Assembly: GCA_902478365.1 (NCBI GenBank)
Contig: CABSKX010000001.1
Span: 21,342 to 85,341 of the forward strand
DNA length: 64,000 bases
Reading direction: 5' to 3'
Origin: an uncultured Collinsella sp.
Lineage (GTDB): Bacteria; Actinomycetota; Coriobacteriia; Coriobacteriales; Coriobacteriaceae
The position numbers and the translations under genes are program-made. Shown here one piece after another: positions 16,729 to 24,543 of this stretch (within the stretch, counting starts at the first letter, position 1; each line of letters opens with the position of its first letter). The notes below the pieces were generated by a model, which saw nothing but the letters and a program-made list of their open reading frames with translations, ran no database searches and was not told the origin of the DNA.

Positions 16729-18588
16729 ATGAATCCGTATACTTCTTCCGGTTCGGTCGCCACGATGACGGCCAACGTGTCCGGCAACGATAACCTCAAC
16801 GACTTGGGTGACGGCCCGCGTCAGCCCGGCGACCCCGAGCGCTACCCCGTGGGCGCGGTGACTCGCCGCCTGCTGGGCTACGTCCGTCCGCATCGCATTT
16901 CATTTACGGCATCGTTTGTGAGCGCCGCCATCTCGGTGATCTTGCAGCTCTATACGCCCATCCTCATCGGCGAGGGCATCGACCTCATCGTTGCCGCCGG
17001 GCAGGTGGACTTCGGGTCGCTGCTGCCGCTCGTTACCAAGCTCGCGATTGTCGTGGTGGGCGCGGCGGCCTTCCAGTGGCTGCAGGGCTACTGCGTCAAC
17101 CGTCTGTCCTACGAGACGGTGCGCGACATGCGCGTGGAGGCGAGCGACAAGCTCGGCCGCATGCCGCTCAGCTTTATCGACGGCCATGCCCACGGCGACC
17201 TCATGAGCCGCGTGGTCAACGACGTCGATCAGGTGGGTGACGGCCTGCTGCAGGGCTTTACGCAGCTCTTTACCGGCGTCATCACCATCGTGGGCACGCT
17301 CGCGTTTATGCTCTCCATCAACCTGACCATGACGCTCGTTGTGGTGCTCGTCACGCCGCTTTCCATCTTTGCGGCCGGTGCTATCGCCAAGCTTTCCAAT
17401 AAGAGCTTCACTGCTCAACAGCGCATCCAGGGCCAACTCGGCGGTCATATCGAGGAGTATGTGGGTGAGCAAAAGCTCGTGGACGCCTTCGCCTACGGCC
17501 TGCACGCTCAACAGCGCTTCGATGTCCTCAACGCCGAGCTCTATACGGCGGGCGAGCGCGCGCAGTTTATGGGTTCGCTTTCTAACCCCGGTACGCGCTT
17601 CATCAATAACATCATCTACGCCGTGGTCGCCGTGATTGGCTGCGCGGGCGTGATCACGGGCGTACCTGCGGCGCTCACGGTGGGCGGCGTGCAAATCTTT
17701 CTGTCCTATGCTAACCAGTACACCAAGCCATTCAACGAGGTCACCAACGTCATTACGCAAATCCAGACGGCGTATGCCTCGGCGCGCCGCATGTTCGCGT
17801 TGCTCGATGCACGCGAGCAGGAGCCCGACGCTGTGGATGCCATTGAGCTCGCCGCCCCGAAGGGCGAGGTTTCGTTTGAGCATGTGGACTTTAGCTATGT
17901 GCCCGACCGCAAGCTGCTGCAGGATATCTGCATCGAGGCCAAGCCCGGCATGCGTTTTGCCCTGGTCGGCCCCACGGGCTGCGGAAAGACAACGCTCGTC
18001 AATTTGCTGCTGCGGTTTTACGATATCGATGCCGGACGCATCATGGTCGATGGCCGGTCTTCGCGTGACTACACGCGCGCAAGCCTGCGCCGCGCCTTTG
18101 GCATGGTGCTGCAGGATACGTGGCTGTTCGAGGGCACGGTGGCGGACAACATCGCTTACGGTTGCCCGGATGCCACGCGTGAACAGGTTATCGAAGCCGC
18201 CAAGCGCGCGCACGCGCACAAGTTTATCGTGCAGCTGCCAAGCGGCTACGATACGGTCATCGGCGAGGACGGCGGCATGTTTAGCCAGGGTCAAAAACAG
18301 CTGCTGTGCATCGCGCGCGTCATGCTCACCGACCCGGCGATTCTGCTGCTGGACGAGGCGACGTCGAGCATCGATACCCGCACCGAGCTGCAGGTGCAGG
18401 CGGCATTCGACGAGCTTATGGCCGGCCGTACGAGCTTTGTGGTGGCGCATCGCCTGAGCACCATCCGCAACGCCGACTGCATTCTGGTGATGCGCGACGG
18501 CGAGATTATCGAGCGCGGCACGCACGACGAGCTGCTAGCGACAGGCGGCTTCTACGCCGAACTCTACCGCAGCCAATTCGCCCAGTGA
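16729..18588 (+). CDS. ABC exporter, fused permease/ATPase, consensus-site subunit
   Basis: The start abuts the upstream stop, with AAGGAGGG upstream. Walker A GPTGCGKTT, Walker B LLLDEATSSID, altered signature FSQGQKQL. Confidence 0.9.
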   Translation: MNPYTSSGSVATMTANVSGNDNLNDLGDGPRQPGDPERYPVGAVTRRLLGYVRPHRISFTASFVSAAISVILQLYTPILIGEGIDLIVAAGQVDFGSLLPLVTKLAIVVVGAAAFQWLQGYCVNRLSYETVRDMRVEASDKLGRMPLSFIDGHAHGDLMSRVVNDVDQVGDGLLQGFTQLFTGVITIVGTLAFMLSINLTMTLVVVLVTPLSIFAAGAIAKLSNKSFTAQQRIQGQLGGHIEEYVGEQKLVDAFAYGLHAQQRFDVLNAELYTAGERAQFMGSLSNPGTRFINNIIYAVVAVIGCAGVITGVPAALTVGGVQIFLSYANQYTKPFNEVTNVITQIQTAYASARRMFALLDAREQEPDAVDAIELAAPKGEVSFEHVDFSYVPDRKLLQDICIEAKPGMRFALVGPTGCGKTTLVNLLLRFYDIDAGRIMVDGRSSRDYTRASLRRAFGMVLQDTWLFEGTVADNIAYGCPDATREQVIEAAKRAHAHKFIVQLPSGYDTVIGEDGGMFSQGQKQLLCIARVMLTDPAILLLDEATSSIDTRTELQVQAAFDELMAGRTSFVVAHRLSTIRNADCILVMRDGEIIERGTHDELLATGGFYAELYRSQFAQ

Positions 18589-18905
18589 GCAAGCCCGTGG
18601 GGCAAATTAATCAGGTTTGTTTGTCCCATAGAGCGATCTTGTTATATAGCGTTCTACCAGCGCGTGAAACATTTTGACGATACTCCGTGACACAATTTGA
18701 CGGCGTTTTGTGAAACAGTTTTTCGGACATTCGTGCAACGTTCTGCGGCGGTTTCAATCCGAAGTACATACTGTTCGAAATCTGTCCAAAGATGTCGTCT
18801 GCGTCGCCAATCGACAGACGGTGGTTTACATCTGTTACGTTAGTACTAAGATATTCATCTAATAAATTGCAATAGTGGCTTTAGTTTTGGGGGAAACGAG
18901 GCAAC

Positions 18906-19463
18906 GTGACTATGACGTGCTCTTTGGTGGTTAACAGCAAGAGCGGTAATACCAGGATGGTTTCGGGTGCGATCAAGCGCGCTCTGCAGGCTGCGGGCGT
19001 TGAGTTTGTCCACGCTGCGGCGTTGAGCGACGATGCGGACGCAGATCAGGTTGCGCTCGAGGCGCAGGGCGCCTGCGCGGCCGACACGGTGCTCGTCGGT
19101 TTTTGGTGCGACAAGGGTGCATGCACGCCTTCGGTCGCGGCGTTGCTCTCCGCCTTGCACGGCAAGCGCGTCTTCTTGTTTGGCACCTGCGGTTTTGGCG
19201 CCGACCAGAGCTATTACCAGCAGATTATCGACCGCGTGACCTCCAATTTTGCCAACGATGCCGAGCTTGCGGGCTGGGCGATGTGTCAGGGCAAGATGGG
19301 CCCCGCGGTCAAGCAGCGCTACGAGGCCATGCTCGAGCAAGATCCCGACAACGCGCGCTATAAGATGCTGCTCGACAACTGGGTTGCCGCAAAGGACCAT
19401 CCCACCAAGGAAGATCTGGATAACATGGCTGCAGCCGCCAAAAAGGCCGTGCTGGGGGAGTAG
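18906..19463 (+). CDS. flavodoxin family protein
   Basis: N-terminal FMN phosphate-binding loop LVVNSKSGNTRMV. The start is ambiguous between GTG 18906 and ATG 18912. Confidence 0.7.
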   Translation: MTMTCSLVVNSKSGNTRMVSGAIKRALQAAGVEFVHAAALSDDADADQVALEAQGACAADTVLVGFWCDKGACTPSVAALLSALHGKRVFLFGTCGFGADQSYYQQIIDRVTSNFANDAELAGWAMCQGKMGPAVKQRYEAMLEQDPDNARYKMLLDNWVAAKDHPTKEDLDNMAAAAKKAVLGE

Positions 19464-19504
19464 CTCCCATCGCTGACGGCGGTCGGTCCATCTTTCTAAA
19501 TGAA

Positions 19505-19634
19505 ACGTCCTCCCGGGCGTCGGGGCACGAAGTTCCCTGCTCTACAGTCCTGCGCAAGACGAAGGCCACATTAAGTGGCCTTCTTTGCGTGCGGAACTCG
19601 CGATGAACTTCGTGCCCCGCCGTCCGGGAGGACG
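19505..19634. repeat. 130-bp nested palindrome enclosing the terminator-like hairpin gaaggccacattaagtggccttc
   Basis: The outer arm cgtcctcccgggcgtcggggcacgaagttc pairs with gaacttcgtgccccgccgtccgggaggacg (2 mismatches). The core is repeated in inverted orientation at 24425-24490. Confidence 0.8.
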
Positions 19635-19689
19635 CCTCTTTATTGATGGGAGGCCTGATAGGTCGATGGTTCCGTGCCCGGATGCGTCC

Positions 19690-20083
19690 AAAGTGGGACG
19701 GGCTTTCCGGATGGTCAGGCTTTCGAAAAATGCGTCCCGGAAATTGCCTTTGGAATGGGACGTAGTTTCCCGTTGAGGTGCTTTGCGGAAAGTGCATCCC
19801 ACTCTGGGCGGTCGAAGTGGGACACACTTTCCCAAAGGCGCTCCAACGGGAAATTGCGTCCCATTATTCGGTCAAGAAACGGGATGCATTTTCCCAATGA
19901 GGCTCAAGCGGAAAATGCATCCCGGAATTTGCGCTCAAAGTGGGATGCGGTTTCCGGTTGAGGGTCTAAGGGGAAAGTGCGTCCCGGAATCGACGCTTGA
20001 AATGGGATGCAGTTTCCCGATGAGGCACTCGACGGAAAATACATCCCAGAAATGGCCTTTGAGCTGGGATAAGATTTCCGCGG
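19690..20083. repeat. BIME-like array: about 6.5 tandem 61-62-bp units, i.e. about 13 copies of a 14-bp half-site (GGAAAATGCATCCC / GGGATGCATTTTCC) in strictly alternating orientation
   Basis: Units start near 19690, 19753, 19814, 19876, 19937, 19999 and 20061. The linkers alternate between about 12-14 nt (..TGAGGC.CTC..) and about 18-20 nt (GGAAtT.GC.CT..AAgT). Confidence 0.85.
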
Positions 20084-20202
20084 CATCTCGGATTCTCAAA
20101 AATGAGACACGCCGTTGGCGAAAATGAGACACGTGATATCGGGCATCGGATGTATCATTTGCAAAAATGAGTCCACTCCACTCGAATAAAGCGAGGTCCC
20201 TC

Positions 20203-23200
20203 ATGTACGTTCCACACCCCCGTATCCGTAGGCTGTCGAAAATCCCGCTTGTTGGGACGGCGGCGCTTGCTGCGTTGATCGCCACGAGCGTCGCCTGCTT
20301 CACGGCCACGCCCCAGGTTGCCCAGGCGGCAGACGCGCCCGCAATCACCGATATGACCGAGCAGGATTATCAAGCCCTGGGTCTGGGCACGAGCGAGGAC
20401 ATTCCGGCCGATACCGTTGGCCCCTATTCCACTGATACCCCCACGACGTTTGCCACGCGCAGCGAGGTCTATATGGCAGCTAACGGTAGCCATGGCAATC
20501 GCTACACTCTGCGCGACAAGCTCGAGAACGTCGAGCGCGGTGACATTGGCGGCAGCAGCAAACTCACCGATGGCTATGGAAGTGTGTGTGGGGCGCCGCA
20601 AAGTTCTGGCAAAACGTCAACAACTTCGATACGAACAGCGATCTCTACAAGCATAGCGACTACGGTGGCGGCACCTGGTCGTACCTAAGCAACAATGAGT
20701 CCTCAACAGTACTCGCCAACGACAACAACGGTTTCTCGGGCATTCACGCCACGAGTGTTGAGTTCTGCAGCGACGCCAGCACGGGCAAAAAGAGCCACGT
20801 TGCCGAGCTCCGTGCCTACGGCGACAGTTCCTCCACGACGATTGACGGCAAGTCATACGCCGGAAAGGTTGAGCTGGTCCTCTACTCGTTTAGCAACGGG
20901 CGTACGCGCACTCTCGACACACACCTGCCGGTGACGGTCAACACTAATATGATGTACGAAGGCCGTTTTAAGTACCTGGATGCCGGTTACCTGCAAGAGC
21001 ACGACGCCGTCTTTGATGTCGAGGCGGGCGATGTCGATGGCGACGGCGTGGACGAGCTTTTTGTCTACGCGGGCTGCTATGTCGACGAGAACGGCGTGCG
21101 CAAGGCTGTAGTCGACATGTATGACTTGGAGGGCGGCAACTGGAAGCAAAGCGTCGTCAAGATCGATGCCGGTAACGCCGCGGACTACACCACGCACAAC
21201 AAGGGCGGGAACGACTCCTGGACGCAGCTTCAGTCAGCTCCTGTCGTTTCGCTAGCGGCCGGCGACCTCGATCGCGATTTTTGCGATGACCTCGCCATCG
21301 TGGTCTCGGCACCCTACGGCAAGAAGAATATTGATAAGTCGACGCATTGCGAGCTGTTTTCGTGGGATGCATCCAAGGGCGCGCTCGTCCATGTCGATGC
21401 TCTGGGCGACGCGGGCGCAATCTCCCTCTCCGCGAACGGCAAGACCATGGTCGCTGCGAATGCGACGTTCGGCACGTTTGCCGCCTACGATGAAGAAGGA
21501 AAGAAGACGGGTGAAACCGTCACGGGCCTTATTCTTGCGGGCTATGACTGGCAACGCAGCGCTTTTGATTACGGCGCTTCTGACGGCAGCAAGGGGCTGT
21601 ACGGCGCGCTGTACCGCTACGCGTATTTTGACTCGGAGTCTGGCGAGTTCAAGCTTTCCGATTGCAAGGAATACAGAGACGGGCTCCTCGCCTCCTATGG
21701 GTTGATGCATGTGCCCAACAGCGCATGGAAGGATAGCGCTCAGGATAAGCGCTATCCGTGCACCTTGGCGCCTATTGCCCTTGCCACTGCCAACCTTGAC
21801 GGCCTATCCGAGCAGCTGGCGGTCGACGAGGTGCTCGTGGGCGGCGATGTGTTCCGCGACTTTGCCTGCAACACGGCACAGAGCGGGGCTCAGGGCTTGG
21901 GGTCCATGGTCGGAACCATGAGCATGAGCGGTCAGCAATACAACAGCAGCAACAAGCATGACCACAAGGGTATAGAGCAGGTGTGGATCAGCGACGTCAA
22001 GGCGGGCAGCGTCTCGGGTTCGGACCGCTATAACGAGAGCTTTATCGCCGTGGTGGGCAAGCACCGCGACGAGGACCTGCGCAAGAACGATGACTACTAT
22101 TGGATGACCGCCTCGCATTTTTCGCTCGACGAGAACGGAAAGGTGCGCCGCGGCGAGGAGCAGGTGATTAGCGAGAGCAACCGTCGCGGCACTACCTACG
22201 GCACATTTATCTCGCTCGCGCTGCCCGATGTCGACAACGACAGCGTCAAGATCACGTACAAGGACCGCTACAAGGTCTATACCAACCCGCGCGTGCTTGC
22301 CGTGCTGCAGGATGCGCCCTATGTTGAGGATCTGGAGCAGGCATACGGCTATCTGGTGTTGGGCGGCACGTCATACGGAGAGGAAAAGGGCACGGGGACA
22401 TCCCAGGGCTATACCATTGGCGCCGAGTTGGGCGTTGCCGTCGAGGTACAGACCGGTCCGCCCCTGGTCGCGATGAATGCTTCAGTCGATTTTGCCGCCG
22501 AGGGATGCTATGACTACCGGAGCGAGCGCACGGTCAGCGCAAGCGTAAGCTATGAGTCGCATGCCGGCGAGGGTGACAAGGCCGTGCTCTACACGATTCC
22601 GATGGTCTATTACGAGTATGAGATCGAAAATGAGGAAACTGGTGGCAAGGGCGTGATGGCGACGCCCGTGTCGCTCGGCGCGCAGACCTCGGTCGTTAAT
22701 GTCGAGGCCTATGACCGCATTGCCAAACAGCACAATATGACGCCGCTCAGCTACTTTTTGACCAACCGGTCGGGAGAACCCGGAACCTATCAAACGACGC
22801 TCAACGGCGAGACTCCCGTTGGGGATTCCTTTGGCCTGGGCAAGCCTGGCGTAACGCGCGCCTACACGCACGATGGGTTTAACGGCGCCGCCGCGCAGTC
22901 GGGGGCGAGCATTGAGCAGACCATCGAAGTCGAGGAGGGCAAGGAGCAGGAGCTCGAGCTCGGCTTGACGCTGAACGGCAGCGTTGTCATGGGCGCGAAG
23001 CTCGCAAAGCACGAGTTGTTTGGCGGCCTGTGCTTTGGTGCCAACGCCGGCTTTACTACGGGTAACTCCTCGAGTGAATCGACCGAATACGGCGGCACCG
23101 TCGACAACCTGCCCGAGGCCGCGCAGGGCAAGTACGGTTTTGTGTGGCGTCTGGGCGTCAACGCGGTGGATGTCGACAAGTTCGAGGCAGACTCGGGCGA

Positions 23201-24293
23201 CAAGCTCGGCACCAAGGACACCGACCAGTTCTGGATCGTGGGCTATGACGTTAAGGACGTCGAGATGCCCGACGCGCCGGCCGTGACGGGCTTTACGGCA
23301 AACGCCGTCGATTCGACCAGCGTTACGTTTAGCTGGGACGATGTACTCGCAAACAAGAGTGGCTTTAGCTACGGCGTGGGCATGCTGCAGAGCAATGCGG
23401 CGGATGCGGTCGTCAATAGCTGGAAGATTGCCGACAACACGCAGACCTCGCTCAAGTGGGATGGGCTGCAGCCCAATACGGAGTATCGATTCGCCATCGC
23501 CGCCGTTAAGAACGGATCCACGACCGAAACAGGTATTCGCTCGGCAATCATCACGGTCAAGACCATGCCCGATGGCATGACGATGACCGTGAGCGGACCT
23601 GCGGCGGATGCTGCGGAGGGGTCGGATCTTGGATACGACTCTTCGGTTGAGCGCGCGGCGGGAAGCCACCTGACGCTCTCGGCGATTGGCCATGTGAAGC
23701 AACTCGGTGCCGACGATAGCGAAACAGGGCTGGCACCGACCTATATGTGGTACCGCAAGGGCCGCGGCGAGACAGAGTTTAAGCTCGTGGGTGCCGATGG
23801 CAACCTCGCGGCTGGAACGGCCTCAAAGCTCGAGATTGACCTGACCGCAGACGATGACGGTGCGCAGTATTACTGCCACGTGGGATACAACGACGTGGGC
23901 CTCGACACCGGCACGACGCTCGTGAATATCGAGGCCGAGGAGACGGCGCCCACAACGGTGAACGCCACCCCGATCCGCACGCGCCGCCTGTTCTCACAGG
24001 CAAGTGCGGGCGCCAAGAAGTTCCTGGACCATACGCTGGTAAACACCGCCGGCCCAACCGATTCCGAAGGCTCAAAGGACCCCGAGACTCCTGAGACCCC
24101 GACGAACCCGGACAAGCCCAAGTCCGACAACGGAGCTAAGACCGACACCAAGGTCAAGACTACGACCACAGCGAAGAACCTCGCAAACACCGGCGACCAA
24201 ACATTCGCCCTAGTCGCCACCGCAGCAGCAGCGGGAGCAACGCTCGTAGTGATAGCCCTCATCATGCTGATCAAGCGCCGCAAGACCCACTAG
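20203..24293 (+). pseudogene. very large LAXTG-anchored surface protein (FG-GAP-like repeats, FN3-like module), reading frame interrupted near 20582-20593
   Basis: Frame 1 (20203-20688) encodes a signal peptide and the mature N-terminus. Frame 3 (open from 20544 to 24293) encodes 1235 aa ending in LANTG, a hydrophobic helix and KRRKTH. Motifs include EAGDVDGDGVDELFVY, AAGDLDRDFCDDLAIV and the FN3-like TSVTFSWDD...LQPNTEYRFAIAAV. Confidence 0.8.
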
Positions 24294-24322
24294 TAGCCAG
24301 TCGAACATATCGACAACCCAAA

Positions 24323-24358
24323 AACCCGGGTAGCCAAAAAACAGGCCACCCGGGTTTT
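24323..24358 (+). terminator. rho-independent terminator of the surface-protein gene
   Basis: Stem acccgggtagcc / ggccacccgggt, then tttt. Confidence 0.65.
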
Positions 24359-24380
24359 CTGTTGAGTGGAGACTCCGCAA

Positions 24381-24525
24381 GCGGAAACTGCATCCCATTC
24401 CAGACAAGAATTCCGGGACACACTTTCCGCAAACAAAGAAGGCCACTTAATGTGGCCTTCGTCTTGCGCAGGACTGTCCGAGCAGGGAACCTTATATGCC
24501 TCCGCCTGGACAGACGTTTCAGTTG
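24381..24525. repeat. one REP/BIME-type unit plus an inverted copy of the 19501-19596 core
   Basis: Half-sites are gcggaaactgcatccc and gggacacactttccgc. The reverse complement of 24425-24490 matches 19532-19596 at about 61 of 65 positions by manual alignment. Confidence 0.8.
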
Positions 24526-24543
24526 TGGCTCAGCAGCTAGCAG

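Noticed and set aside
14827-18525. Long minus-strand ORFs (14827-16125 and 16900-18525); similar ones at 5819-7069 and 3547-4416
   Set aside because: All are antisense to ABC transporter genes that carry Walker A/B and signature motifs on the plus strand.
19690-20083. Possible CRISPR array (regularly spaced repeats)
   Set aside because: The repeats alternate in orientation and are imperfect. The intervening spacers are themselves conserved between units and are only 12-20 nt long. No cas genes are present. This is a REP/BIME-type architecture, not CRISPR.
19500-20130. Small ORFs of 60-137 aa across the repeat arrays (for example 19783-20127 and 19935-20348); similar ones at 24362-24619 and 45919-46307
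   Set aside because: Their periodic peptide repeats (..GMHFP.., ..GTHFP..) simply mirror the DNA repeat units. None has an RBS, and both strands give equivalent ORFs.
20167-20688. Treating the 173-aa signal-peptide ORF as an independent small secreted protein
   Set aside because: Its C-terminal 30 residues (..CGAPQSSGKTSTTSIRTAISTSIATTVAAPGRT) look like out-of-frame read-through. The downstream 1235-aa ORF lacks any export signal or RBS. A single frameshifted gene explains both observations.
22482-23702. 406-aa minus-strand ORF inside the surface-protein gene
   Set aside because: It is antisense to a region encoding FN3-like and other extracellular modules. It has no RBS and an Arg-rich artefactual translation.
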